From: Takakia lepidozioides
Lineage: Eukaryota; Plantae; Bryophyta
Assembly (NCBI GenBank): GCA_030704615.1
Contig: CM060733.1
Coordinates: 22,568,001 to 22,632,000 of the forward strand
DNA length: 64,000 nucleotides
Reading direction: 5' to 3'
Positions 1 through 13,129 of this stretch are shown here, piece after piece. How positions within the stretch are numbered: the first letter of the stretch is position 1; every line of letters starts with the position of its first letter. A program made the translations under genes and the position numbers. The notes below the pieces were generated by a model. That model had not been told where the DNA came from and did no database searches. It saw only the letters and a list, made by a program, of their open reading frames with translations.

Positions 1-3000
1 AGGCTGTGTCACGTCGTGATGGGCTGTGGCAGGCTGTGTTGGCTGTGATGGCTGTGTCACGCTTGTTTTGCCCGCCCTGGTCATATATACTCGGCCTAGC
101 GACAAATGCTCCATACTCCGTTCGTAACACCGGTGCAGCCCGTGACTGCTCTTGCGTTTCAACATGCAATTCATGCTGCAATGGTTTGTCATGGATACCA
201 CTGTACCCCTTTAACTTATTGGCATTGACTCTTCCCAGCATTTCTTTGTTAATGGTTTGTAACATGGCGGTGTTGTTATCATACATCTTTTGTATGACAT
301 AAGGTCCTTTCCATGGTGATTTAAGCTTAGAAGCTTTAATCTTTCCCTTTTTCTGCAACCATAGAACCAAATCTCCCGTCTTAAAAGTTTTTAACTTGCC
401 TTCATCAAACTGTTCCTTCCTCGTCATCTGAATTCTGGTCATATTATCAGCTGCATCAGCACGTACTTCTTCCACATGGTATAATTCGTGTTTCCTCACC
501 TTAATGGAATCTTGCAATTCCATTCTCTTTCCCCACTCCGTTCTCATGGTAGGTAACAGGAATTCCACTGGAAGTAAGGCTTCCATACCATAAACTAATT
601 GGAATGGTGTATACTTAGTGGTGACTTTATATGAAGTCTTGTATGACCACAAAGCTGTCAACAGCTTTGTATCCCAATCCGTTCTGTTTGCATTGACTAT
701 CTTAGCCAAGATAGTACATAGTATTTTGTTGGTAGCCTCTGCCTGTCCATTACCCTGTGGGTAATATGTTGTACTCTTCCTATGCACAATCATGAATTCT
801 TTAGTCAATAATTCAATGGTCTCATTAATGAAGTGACTTCCCTGATCACTGATAAATTCTAAGGGACAACCAAATCGTGTAAGTATGTTCTCATATAGAA
901 ACCTTGCTGTGGACTTGGCTGTGTTGTCCCTCAAAGCTTTAGCTTCCACCCATTTCGTAGTATAATCAGTGGCTGTAATTATGTACCTGTTCCGTGTATT
1001 CTTGGCTGGTGGGTTAATTGGTCCAACAAAGTCTAGTCCCCATTTCTGAAATGGTTCCGTAGGCATTGTAGGATGCAAGGCCATCCTTCCATATCTCTGC
1101 AAAGGTCCTAGCCTCTGACATTCATCACAACTCTGACAATACTCGTGTACATCTTTGAACAAAGTAGGCCACCAGTAACCTGCGAGTAGTAGCTTCCTAC
1201 TGGTAGTCTCTTCTCCAAAATGACCTCCAGCCACTCCTTTATGAACTTCCTCCAAACTTTATTTACTTCATGGTGGTACAAACATCGTTTTAGTACTCCA
1301 TCAGGTCCTAGCTTATACATTCTGCTTCCTACCATAGTATAAGGTAAAGCTTTGATAGCGATTCTCTTCCTCTGCTCCTTACCATAACTAGGTGGGCATT
1401 GACCATGAGTAAGGTAGTATCTGATTGGCCACTGCCAATCTAACCATTCATCTGCACTTCCTTTCACCTCCATTACAAATAAACTCGCATCAGGTAACTG
1501 ATCGTCCACTCCTGTGGCAGCCTCTCCTGTTGTTAGTCGTGACAAATGATCTGCCACAAGATGCAAACGGCCAGGCTTGTAAATAACTTCGAACTCAAAC
1601 TCATGCAAGATTATCAACCACCTCGCTATCCTTCCACTTATCAAAGGTTTGTTCACCAGATATATCAGAGCCTGGTGATCCACATAAAACATAAACTTTC
1701 TTCCCAATAGGTAATGCCTGAATTTCTTGACTGCATAAATCATTGCCAGTGCTTCTCTTTCAGTTGTGCTATAGTTCCTTTCAGCACTGTTCATCAACCT
1801 GCTAGCATAGTACACAGGTGAATCTATATTTCCTGTAACATTCTGGGCTAACACCGCTCCCAACGCTTCTCCTGATACATCCCAGTGAACGTGAAATACT
1901 ACATGCCAGTGAGGGTTTAATCAGCACAGGTGTAGTTGTTACTGACAGTGTAAGTTCCTCGAACGCCTGTTGACATTCAGCTGTCCAGGCAAACACTGCA
2001 TCTTTCTTCAGTAGCTTGCTCAATGGTGCTGCTATTTGTGCATACCTTTTGACAAATCTTCTGTAATAACTGGTTTGCCCAATGAATCTCCTTAGACTCT
2101 TAACATTCACTGGTGGTGGAGAGGCTTTAATGGCCTCTATCTTCCTGGGATCCACAAGAAGTCCTCTCTTACATACAATGTGTCCCAGAAGCACCCCTGA
2201 GTTCACACAGAAAGTACACTTCTCTGGATTCAGGCCCAGACCTCTCATCCTGCATCTGGCCAAGCATAACTCCAATTTATGCAAGTGCTCATTTTTAGAG
2301 CTGTACACACTGAAATCATCCAAGAACACCTGCATGAAATCATCCAGATACTCATGAAAAGATTCACTTATCACTCTCTGAAAGGTCGCTGGTGCATTAC
2401 AAAGTCCAAAGGGCATGACTTTGTATGCATAAGCACCCCAGTCTGTGATGAAAGCTGTTTTTCCTTGGTCTCCTTCTGCCACTTGTACTTGATTATAACC
2501 ACTGAACCCATCCATGAATGAGTACATCTCATGGCCTGCTACAGTGTCCAATACTGCTTCTGTGAATGGCAAAGGAAAAGGATCTTTCTTCGTACAAGCA
2601 TTTAGCTTCTTGTAGTTCACACATACTCTTAGTTTACCATTCTTCTTGGGAACTATAACAATGGGTGACAACCAAGTTGTATACTCTATTGGGTATATAA
2701 ACTTAGCCTCAACCATCTTCTTGATTTCTTCTCCAACCTTCTGTGCGTAGTTGGGATTCATTCTGTACCTCGCCTGCTTGATTGGTACTGACCCTGGTTC
2801 CAGTTCAATCTTATGCTGACAGACTTCAGGTGGTATTCCTTTTAGATCCTCATAGCTCCAAGCAAATACATCTCTGTATTTGATGAACAAGCTCTTAGCT
2901 TCTTCAAAGAATTCTGGCTCCAAATCAGCTCCTACTTTCACCATCCTCGGTTCCTCTTTAGTTCCCACATTCACTTCCCTCACCTGCTCATCAGCTGTGA

Positions 3001-3530
3001 TTGTCCAACCAGTCACCACTTCATCCTGTAAACTCACAGTGGCTGGTTCCTCTAGGATTTCCATTTCTCCTTCTCTTTCTTCATAGAAATGTGATGGGTA
3101 ACTACTGGTTTCCTCTTCAGTTGGTGTTGCTGTCACTACACCATAGCAGATACCTCTTAAACAACTTAGGCTTTCCAGCCGCATTTCTGCAACTTGCTCC
3201 CACTCTGGGTGTGCAGCAAACAGGGTAGCTTCCTGCTCCTCATCTAGTCCTTCTCTCCAGTCATACTCTCTGACTCCTTGAGGTCTTCTCGTAGCAGGTA
3301 ATCTACTAGATTTCTTTGTGGTAATTTGTCTCTCGTGTATCCCATTATGCACGGTTAATAACTGAGAATTCCAATCATGGAATACCCTGGCCTGCTTCAG
3401 CCACGGACGTCCCAATAATAAGGAGTAAGCCTCCATGACTTCATCCATCTTCAACACAGTTACTGTGATCATAAAGATCATCTTTTGTATCTGTATCTTA
3501 ACTCCTCTTATTAATCCCAATGGCTGTACA
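1..3530 (-). mobile_element. Family A Ty3/Gypsy partial copy (protease C-term, RT, RNase H, integrase, start of tandem repeat), truncated at 3530 by a family B TIR
   Basis: High-identity reverse complement of ~21240-24740. RT motifs (MPFGLCNAPATFQR, VFLDDF) and RNase H (RNYSTTEREAL) present. Frameshifts near 1255 and 1915. Homology stops after TGGCTGTACA where GGGGGCTGCT begins. Confidence 0.93.
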
Positions 3531-3551
3531 GGGGGCTGCTATTTCATGAGC
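3531..3551 (+). repeat. Family B terminal inverted repeat GGGGGCTGCTATTTCATGAGC, followed by subterminal CATGAGC repeats
   Basis: Starts exactly where the Gypsy pol is interrupted. The exact reverse complement occurs at 55190-55210 and a 2-mismatch variant at 56323-56343. Confidence 0.88.
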
Positions 3552-6129
3552 GGCATGAGCATGAGCGGCATGAGCATGAGCGGAAAAAAAAAAAGCATGA
3601 GCAGACCATTGTGAGTCCACGGAAATAGGGTTAGGAGGCACGGAAATAGGGTCATGTGAAGTTGGAATGTGGCACCAGTGGACTTGAAATGCAACATTTT
3701 ATTGCAAATTTTGTGGCCAGCCACGTCTATACAAGTGTGTTCTAACTGTCATAGCCGGAATGGGCACTACTCTCCTACACCCTCCGAGGAACTTGCCCCA
3801 CCTTCTTCCTCATCCCCCTCATCCCCCTCATCCTCCGAGCTCTGTGATGCATCAGTTCCACTATGCCTCTCAAAAATCCCGTCCTCTCCTTGGGGGACTG
3901 TCCACCTCACCTCCTGGGAATCTTCTGCGTCTTCTCCCCCACTTTCCTCAGCAGAATCCAACACAAATCTACGAGCCCGATGGGCTCTAATAGCTGCTGC
4001 CTCCTCCCTCATCTTCATTTTCTTGAGGCTTGCCTCGTCTAAAATCTGCTGTACACGACTACGTTCGGAACACCTCCTAATGGACACCGAAGCAAGCCGG
4101 GCAGCATAAGTAGGAAGGATGTACTCCCTTTTTGGACTAGGCATGAAATCCCCCCTGGCAAAAAAAAGGCACGTTCCTCCTGCCCATGAACTCCGGTGTA
4201 GACGTCCCTCCGGCAGTACTTGGCATCCTACAGTAAGAACAAATCCACTTCAAGAATGTCAATACCAGCACAACCAGAAAGGGTTTTCAATGAAATAAGA
4301 GAGCGGAGGGAGGTGCCTCACAAAATCTGGAGGCAACTTACAATGCCACCACTCACTCGTAAACCGGGGGCTCCTCGGCCTCGATCCCAACTTCCTCCCC
4401 CTGCTCCTTCTCGGATTTTTCCTCATCCTCCGAGGATGCCTCTTCCTCTTTCGGCAGACGTTCAGCCGCTGCAAGTTCCGAGTTGTGGAGGGCAGTATCT
4501 GGCTCGAAGGCGAACACATGCCTGTCGGACAACGTCCCTGCCCACATTGAAGCACCTGAGGAACAAAGCGGCGGTTAATAGCTTGCGGCATGCAATTGCA
4601 ATGGGGCCAGGGGACAAACTGAGCACGTGAAGGCTTACCCGTGCCGCATGTGAGGTCCAGAATCCGCCCTTGGACATCCGAGCACGTCTCCATGAGGGTT
4701 TGGATGAAAGCAGGGCTCCGGGTCCGGCTGTACCGCCACGGTTTGCCTGTCTTTGTGTCCTTCGGCATACTAGAGTGGGGCACATAGTTGTAGAGGACAT
4801 CGTAGGTTACAGGGTCCACAGCGGCATCAACAAGACGACCGTCGTTGCGGAATTTGAACGTAGACCCTCTCTTCACAAAGCAATATGCCTCAAAACACCA
4901 ATGTCTGCACATCCAACAAAGAAGGGATCAATTCCAGGGTCTACTTAACATACACCACAATATGAAGTGAATGCAATAGATTGATAACTTACACTTTGGC
5001 CCTCTGTTCGCAACCCCTGCGTACTGATGCAGAACCATTTTCTGAGGAGGACGGGGTGACACTTTTCGGTGTCCACCTTGCCACCGCATTCTCTGTGGTC
5101 TTCCCTCTCGTGGCAAGGACAACCACACATCCACCGTCATCCAGAAGCATCCCCGCCAGCCCAAACCCGGCTTTCCAGTAGTCCTCAGTAAACCTGTTCC
5201 AGGTGGGCACACCATCCAGGCCCTCCAGCAGCTCCCCATCTGGAATGTCGAGGAGAATCATGTCGCAAGCTCTCTCCACTCAACCCCCCCCCGAGTGCTC
5301 TTGCAATTCGTGCTCACAGCCGTGAAGAATTCCATCATGGCTTCAAAACCAGGGTGTCTTTAGGCTCTGTACCGCCAGCCCTCTTCTTGGCTTTCCCCTT
5401 CTGCTCCGCCAGAGACTTGTTGTGTGCCACCTTCTTCGCCTGGCAGCGAGAGCGTCAAGGAAGCTCTCATTGACGCATTGGATGATGGTTGGAGGTTCTA
5501 GCTTTGGCCTGTGCGTAAACGTCACCGCCGATACCGCCGTGTAGGCTCGCCCTCAATGCCAACTTTTGGCAGAGCCAGTCCCACTCCGAACTGACTTGGG
5601 AACCCGGACGACCGGTGACTGGGTAGGAGCAACAGCAGTCGCAGGACCTTGAACAAATCGGCGTCGGAGTCACTCTCTTGGTCCCCTCCTGCGCCTCCTC
5701 CGATGCCCCGATGGTTTTCTTCTTTTTGGGTGTTACTGCAGTCACCTGTTTCCTTGTCCTTTTCCTTGACTTTACTCTTCTCATGCAATTTCTCCTGAAT
5801 TCCTGCCTGAGCAAGCTCTGCCGCTTTCCTGGAGTTCGCAAGCGCTTTTGCCTCTTTTGCACCCAACGGAGGCAGCGGAGCCCGTTTCGTCGGAATTCAG
5901 CATCCAGCTTCAATTGAAACTCGGATGGGTCGAGCGAGCCGGGCGGAAGGTCCACATACCAAGGGCAATCACGCAAATGTTCCAGATGCCACTCCTTCAC
6001 AATATCGTCAGTGTACATGGAGTCAGCCCAGGGTCCTCCTGCCAGGAAGAATGGTGGCTCGAAAGACAGATGACCTTTCTCCAAAGGGAGAACTTACAGT
6101 ACCTGCATTCATGAAAAACACAATGAGGT

Positions 6130-6793
6130 CCGAAAATGGCTAAGTCCCTGAACGGCAATAGGGCCTGAACTGGAAAATGGCGCCGAATTTCCACTTCAGG
6201 GCCAGCCAGTCTAGGGACTTAGCCCGAAAATGGCTAAGTCCCTGAACGGCAATAGGGCCTGGAATGGAAAATGGCGCGAATTTCCAGTTCAGGGCACCAG
6301 TCTAGGGACTTAGCCCGAAAATGGCTAAGTCCCTGGACGGCAATAGGGCTAGAACTGGAAAATGGCGCCGAATTTCCACTTCAGGGCCAGCCAGTCTAGG
6401 GACTTAGCCCGAAAATGGCTGTCCTGAACGGCATAGGGCTGGAACTGAAAATGGCGCCGAATTTCCAGTTCAGGGCCAGCCAGTCTAGGGACTTAGCCCG
6501 AAAATGGCTAAGTCCTGGACGGCAATAGGGCCTAAATGGAATATGGGCGCCGAATTTCCACTTCAGGGCCAGCCAGTCTAGGGACTTAGCCCGAAAATGG
6601 CTAAGTCCCTGAACGGCAATAGGGCTGGAACTGGAAATGGGCCGAATTTCCACTTCAGGGCAGCCAGTCTAGGGACTTAGCCGAAAATGGCTAAGTCCTG
6701 GACGGCAATAGGGCCTAGAACTGGAAACGGCGCCGAATTTCCAGTTCCGGGCCAGCACACTAGGGACTTAGGCCGAAAATGGCTAAGTCCCTG
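6130..6793. repeat. Intronic tandem array, ~94-bp unit containing GGAAAATGGCGCCGAATTTCC and the inverted pair GGGACTTAGC/GCTAAGTCCC
   Basis: About 7 units (CCGAAAATGGC at 6130, 6224, ...). Runs into the gap and resumes at ~9500-9650. Confidence 0.9.
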
Positions 6794-7293
6794 NNNNNNN
6801 NNNNNNNNNNNNNNNNNNNNNNNNNNNNNNNNNNNNNNNNNNNNNNNNNNNNNNNNNNNNNNNNNNNNNNNNNNNNNNNNNNNNNNNNNNNNNNNNNNNN
6901 NNNNNNNNNNNNNNNNNNNNNNNNNNNNNNNNNNNNNNNNNNNNNNNNNNNNNNNNNNNNNNNNNNNNNNNNNNNNNNNNNNNNNNNNNNNNNNNNNNNN
7001 NNNNNNNNNNNNNNNNNNNNNNNNNNNNNNNNNNNNNNNNNNNNNNNNNNNNNNNNNNNNNNNNNNNNNNNNNNNNNNNNNNNNNNNNNNNNNNNNNNNN
7101 NNNNNNNNNNNNNNNNNNNNNNNNNNNNNNNNNNNNNNNNNNNNNNNNNNNNNNNNNNNNNNNNNNNNNNNNNNNNNNNNNNNNNNNNNNNNNNNNNNNN
7201 NNNNNNNNNNNNNNNNNNNNNNNNNNNNNNNNNNNNNNNNNNNNNNNNNNNNNNNNNNNNNNNNNNNNNNNNNNNNNNNNNNNNNNNNNNNNN
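6794..7293. other. Assembly gap (500 N)
   Basis: N run. Confidence 1.
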
Positions 7294-9499
7294 TAGCTCC
7301 TCGGACTCTTCCTGCGGCTCTTCGGATTCCTGCGGATCCCTCCAGCACGTCCACCTTCCTGTTGGCATGCAACATGTTCTGCATTCAAGTCTCTAGAATT
7401 CAGTCTAAGAATTACAGAGAAAATGGGGGTTCGGTGCTCGATCAGCTGCGCGCACAGCCGGATCGCATGGAGCTCTCACTGGTGGCTGGGTGGCCGAGTG
7501 GCTTGTGCTCGGAGATGGCAATCTCCTCCTGTAGACGCATCTGCTTCCTCTCCCCTTCGGCATTGGCCTACGTCCGAAGTATAATTTCCGGAGCTTGCGA
7601 CGAGGTCTCCTGTCTGTGCACGAACTCCCCCCTCTCAGGTTCGAGCAGAATTAAGAAGAAGAGAGAGGGAAAAGGGGCAAAGAGTGCAGATGGAAAGGGC
7701 GCGAGAGGGGTGACTGAGGGGAGACACGACAAAAGTAGATGAAACGGCGGTGAGCACCACTTGGGTTCTGTTCAAAAGGGTTGGACGAAAGTGTCTCCTC
7801 GTGGACTTTGCGTCATTACGAAATTCGAATAGTTCAGGGTACGCCTGCCGTCCGAAAAAAAACAAACATCATTATCCAACGATCTGCCGCGCCGGCCTCA
7901 TGCCCCTTCAGTCAGATAGAGTGCCGACATGTGCAGAACTCCGTTGCTCCACGTGTTCAATTTCAAGGCATTTCCATCCCAGCGTCTGATGAGTTGGAGC
8001 GAAAATGCGAATGCGGCGCCGCATTTCCGTTAAGTACCTCACACGAAGCTACACATCCATACTTGTTGGAAGAAAAATGCGGCACCGCATTTCCGTTCCA
8101 CTTCACATACTTAGTTGTTGAACGGAAATACGGTGCCCGCATTTGTCCCAAAGCTCCTTGTATTGGATTCAAAAGGGAAACTGCGGCGCAAGCAATTTCC
8201 GTTCTGGAATGTCGAAAGGTGCGATTCGGACGGGAATGAGGCACAATTTTCAATTCCCGTGGTTCATGATTTTCAATGTGAACGGAAATGCGTGTCCGGC
8301 ATTTACCGCATTTGTTCCCCCCTTCACATACGTTAGTTGATGAACGAAAATGTCGTGCCACATTTCCGTTCGGGAAGTATAGAGGTCTCACCTGGACAGA
8401 AATGCCGGTGCCGCATTTCCGGTCTGGAAAGTTTGAAGGTCTCACATGGATGGAAATGCGGCAATTCCGGTAGCACAGCTCCAGGCCCCATATAGAAAAC
8501 GGAAATGCGGGCGCCGCATTTCCGTTTAAAATGTCGGAAGGTGCGACTCGGACGGAAATGCGGTGCCGCATTTCTATTCCCGTTGCGCACGATTTTCAGT
8601 CAGAACGGAAATGCGGTACCGCATTTCCGTTCTGTAGAGTATTAACGTCTGACGCTGGCAGAAATGGGTGGGTTGTGCCGCATTTTCGTTCCACAGCTCC
8701 ATCCCTCACATACAAAAACGGAAATGCGGCGCCGCATTTCCGGTTTGGAATGTCGGAAGGTGCGACTCGACGAAAATGCGGTACCGCATTTCAGTTCCGA
8801 TTTGTTTCAGGATATTTCATCAGAACGGAAATGCGGTGCCGCATTTCCCTTTGAATCTAATACATTCCGTTCTGGAATGTTGGAGGTGCGACTCGGAAAT
8901 GCGTTGCCGCATTTCAGTTCCGATGTTCACGATTTTCAGTCAGAACGGAAATGCGGTACCGCATTTCCGTTCTGGAATGTTGGTAGGGCGACTCGGATGG
9001 AAATACGCTGCCGCATTTCAGTTCAGATGGTTCACGATTTTCAGTCAGAACGGAAATGCGGTTACCGCATTTCCGTTCTGGATAGTATGAATGTCTCAAG
9101 CGGTCGGAATTGCGCTGTATGAAGCTATCGGAATCGCACTCGGCTCCATGCATCAGATACAAAATGGAAATGTGGCGCCGCATTTCCGTTCTGGAATGTC
9201 GGAAATTGCCACTCGGACAGAAATGCGGTGCCGCATTTATGTTCCCGTTGTTCATAATTCTCAATCAGAACGGAAATGCGGTACCGCATTTCCGTTCCAC
9301 CTTCACACACCGTGCTTGTGATGGAAATGCGTACCGCATTTCCGTTTGGAGAGTATGAAATGTCTTTTAAGGACGGAAATGTGCTGCAGCATTTCTATTC
9401 CTCAGCTCCATGCATCAGATACAAAATGGAAATGCGGCGCCGCATTTCCGTTCTGGAATGTCGGAAAAGTGCGACTCGGACGGAAATGCGGTGCCGCAT
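7294..9499 (-). mobile_element. Diverged family B subfamily fragment (exon-1 homolog plus its own palindrome array)
   Basis: Minus strand ~7500-7608 translates (one frameshift) to RPRRKLRKLYFGRRP...KQMRLQEEIAIS, versus family B exon 1 RPRRKLKALYYGRRP...AKLKLQQEIPVS. Confidence 0.7.
8000..9499. repeat. Array of palindromes GGAAATGCGG(TA/CG/TG)CCGCATTTCC
   Basis: More than 20 perfect or near-perfect copies, e.g. ACGGAAATGCGGTACCGCATTTCCGT at ~8605, ~8945 and ~9270. Confidence 0.92.
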
Positions 9500-12400
9500 G
9501 GACTTAGACCGAAAATGGCTAAGTCCCTCGACGGCAATAGGGCCTGGAACTGGAAAATGGCGCCGAATTTCCAGTTCCGGGCCAGCCAGTCTAGGGACTT
9601 AGCCATTTTCGGAGCCCTGACTGGAAATTCGGCGCCATTTTTCCCTAACACCACTTGAGGCCTCTAACATCCTGAAATGCCAGGACTTGAAAGAAAGGAA
9701 CGCGTATGTACCTGTACAGAAGGCGCATTGCTGCTTTGTCCTGCGTTCGGCTGGTCGGTGAACTCGTGGCTCCGGCGAGCATTTGCTATCTCCCGAAAGA
9801 ATAGGTTGGTTTGTAGAGCAGAAAGTACCTCGTCACATAGTCACGTAGGTCTCTGCTGCAGGAGATATCTCCATCTTGAACTGATGTGCTTGTGTGTCCA
9901 GCTGCTCTTGCGCATTCGCGTCACCTGTGGAGATTGTCCATCAGATCGCTTTCCTCAAAAAATACAATGAATCCACCCCCTACTAGAGTAGAAGCCCCAA
10001 ACGAAGCGTGGGAAGTACCTGGAACCACCATGTCATGCGGTTCATCCACATGTCGAATGTGGGGTCAGAGAGTTTGTCCGTTTGGGGAAGCTCCACATGT
10101 CCCTGGTACTTTGAGAACCATTCCAGATTTGGAGCCACCGGTCTGTCCAACCACCCAGCATATTCGTAAGCGCCAAACACCACAAAAAGGAGTTGTTGCC
10201 ACCACAATTTTGTTAAGAATGTATCACCTTTTCTGTTGCATCCACACAGGATGTGGCTAGACGATGGAGCTTCTCCAATGTCATCGTGGGCTTCAGAGTG
10301 CAAGAGTAGTGCTTCCCCACCTCCACCAGAAAGTCGGCACCAAGGGCGGGATCAGCTATGGCCACGTACTTTTACCATCCGCGACTTGTACTTTATGCGG
10401 GCCCTCACCTCCGCAGCTTTGACATACGATTTGAGTTCCGGGAGGGTTGGATTCTTCTCCTCTGACTCCATGTAGAACCTCCGCGCATGTGCCAAATCCT
10501 GCTGTATTTTCGTCTGTCAAGAATGCGCACATAAGATTAGAGATCCTGCTCAACACAATTTCTTGTATTGGGGAGGAGAGACAGATTAGCTCAACAAAAC
10601 TGTCAGGAGCTTTACCCGAAATATGTAGTCCACCATGGCGTCGACGCTCAGCCTATACCAGGTTCTGTCTGCCTTTGCCTCCGACTTGCGCAGGAGGTCG
10701 GCACTGAGGGAATTGGCAAACTCTTGCACCCCCTGCTTCCCGACATCCTTCACTCGGAAGAGCATATGGGACAAGTTGGTGGCAATGAAGGCATTCTCAG
10801 TCACCCTGCAGTGCCACATTTCCATCAAACAATACTGAAATGGGAATTTTCATCATATATGAGGATTCGCAATGAAATGACTTCCAAATTCAAAGTCCAA
10901 AAGCGAGAGGGGTTGTAGCTTACGAGTTGATGTTGGACATTGCAGCTTTGAGAAGACTGCGATCTTTGGGCCCGCAACCTTCAGCACAACACAATCGACG
11001 GCGAAATGCCAATCGAGATCGTTGGGGTGGGTTTGGGCAATGTGCTCCATCCATGCCAGGAGGCGATGATTGCCGTCCCACACGTAGAACATCTTACCGG
11101 ACATGTGCTGGAAAAGAGGATCACTAGCAATCGATCTCTCGAACTCCTCATTTCGCGTTTGCCAATGGGGACCCCATTTGTCCACCTCATCGGAAGTGTG
11201 GGCACGGGAAGCTCCGTGGTCGTTCTCAATGGAAACGTAAAACGCGGCAGACCCCATTCGATATCCATCCCGGAAGAGAATTTCAGCTTGTCGATATCGC
11301 CTGGAGGGCAGGTCTCACCACCTGCAATGACACCAAGCGGCAAAGGGAATTCGAAGCTTGGCCGGGTATCAATGCCCCCCAGCACCCTGCCAATGTTGCT
11401 GTGGGTTGCCCTCCAACATCTTGGCAGCGGCCAACTTCATATCCGCCTCAGACATGACGTCTGCTGCAGAGGGGTTTTCCGGCAGCCCACCAGGACCGCC
11501 AAATCCAGCCTGTATGCTCCGGGTTTGGGGCCTGGGGATGTCCGGGAGGATGTCATCCTGGTCAGAAACCTCCATGTCGTCCTCCTCAACAGGGTCAGCC
11601 ACCTGCGAAACCACCTCCAGCACTCTTGTCGTCTCTACTGCCCTCTCCCTGGCTTCACCTCGAACTTGCACAATCCGTGCTCTTTCAGGTGTTCTTTCCT
11701 CTCCTCCACTCTCCACCGTATGGGTAATTGCGGGGCTGCTCTTGCCCGCGATGGTCTAACCGGTGTGTTACTGCCTCTCTGTGGTGTCTTGGAGGGATCC
11801 ACCGTCTCTGTGCGTCCCTCGCTTACATTGGCATCTGTCATTTGGGCACCCCTGGCCTCTTCAGCTGCCTTTTGTTTTCCTCCTGGCTAGCATTCTGTCT
11901 CGTCTGTTCTTTTGCCCTCTCTTTTGCCCTCTCACGGCCTTTTTGTTTCTTACTAGGGCTAGCAGCAGGGGAGCCCTCCAGGACGACCACCTTTGATTGA
12001 GGCGAACTGACACCCTCGCGCGCACTGCTCACTCCCCCCTCCGCAGCCCGTGACTGCTCTCTCGCCGGGGATTGCATGTGCTTAGCTTTCTTCTTTCTTT
12101 GCATGGGCGGGCCCTACTGCATGTGCATGAAACAACCTCCATTGCCGGATCTGCTGTCCTCACGCCCTTCACCTGCCATGCCGCCTGCACCAACCTCCCC
12201 AATGCCTACTCTGTCGTAATCTCGTTGCAAGTCCTCTCGTCCACCAACAAAAGGTTTAAGTTTGCCCTCTCGCCCCAAGTTGGGCGATTCAAACATGCGA
12301 TGAGTTGGAGTTGTCGATGATACCACCAGCGTGCCGGGCTCGTCGTCACTCTGTCATGACAAAAATCGTGAAAACCAACATCGGTGCAAAAAGCAGCATC

Positions 12401-13129
12401 GCAACGAGCAGCGCAACCACCATAGCAACAATCATGTAGCAAAAATGAAAACATAACAAGTTTAGGAAGTATGGAGAGCCATGCAACAACAATGAAAACA
12501 AATGCAACCATTGCCTAAGAATGACATGCACAAGCAGCCTTCTCCAGAGCTGCCGGATTTGCACACGCATTGCAAACAATCTAAGATTCACTCAACTATC
12601 TAAAGTTCACTCATACAGCAAAGCCAGGATGAAGATGCAAAAACAAAGCGAGGTAACAAAGCGAAAAAAAAATAAATCGAACAAACCGAAAGCAGAAGTG
12701 GCTTGCCTGAGAGTACTCGGCTTCAGTTGGCGCAGGTTGTGAGCAAGACACTGGAATCTCCTGCTGGAGCTTCAGTTTGGCCATGCGAGAGATTGGCCGT
12801 CGTCCGTAGTACAGAGCTTTCAACTTCCGCCGCGGTCTGGATGTGAGGTCTCTCTCAGGAGAGCCACGCCCTTCAGGCGGCATAAGTCCCAGCCAAAAAG
12901 ATCTCCTTTTTTGGGGTACATGCCTGGAATACCATGTTAAGCCAAGATTAGCATGAGATTTAGGGTACGTGTCCAGGAAGCCATGCGTCGCCAGCCCGAA
13001 TAATAACCGACGGCGGTCGACATTTATTGCCCAACTGCGCAATTAAATGTCGGATGAAGCCCTCCATGTCGGATGAAAATCGACGTAAACAGTCCCGGAA
13101 TTTCCAACGTAGAGGTAATTCGGAGCGCT

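Larger units (their letters stand above)
3767..12883 (-). pseudogene. Multi-exon ParB-like + beta-class amino (N4C/N6A) DNA methyltransferase-like gene, copy 1, frameshifted
   Basis: MFYVWDGNHRLLAW (~11050-11095), CDMILLDIPDG (~5235-5265), GFGLAGMLLDDGGCVVVL, RTRSPAFIQTLMETCSDVQGRILDLTCGTG (~4640-4730) and RHVFAFEPD. Exon order matches copy 2. Confidence 0.78.

Noticed and set aside
6677-7742. Long ORFs spanning N runs (also 52638-53431)
   Set aside because: Artefacts of translating assembly gaps.
7963-9602. Many overlapping ORFs in palindrome and microsatellite arrays (MEIRRRIS, HSPHS types)
   Set aside because: By-products of stop-poor repeats that are open in several frames and on both strands.
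3767-12883. Bacterial contamination as the source of the ParB/MTase gene
   Set aside because: It has spliceosomal introns, a TIR context, two diverged copies, and contiguous junctions with plant LTR elements.
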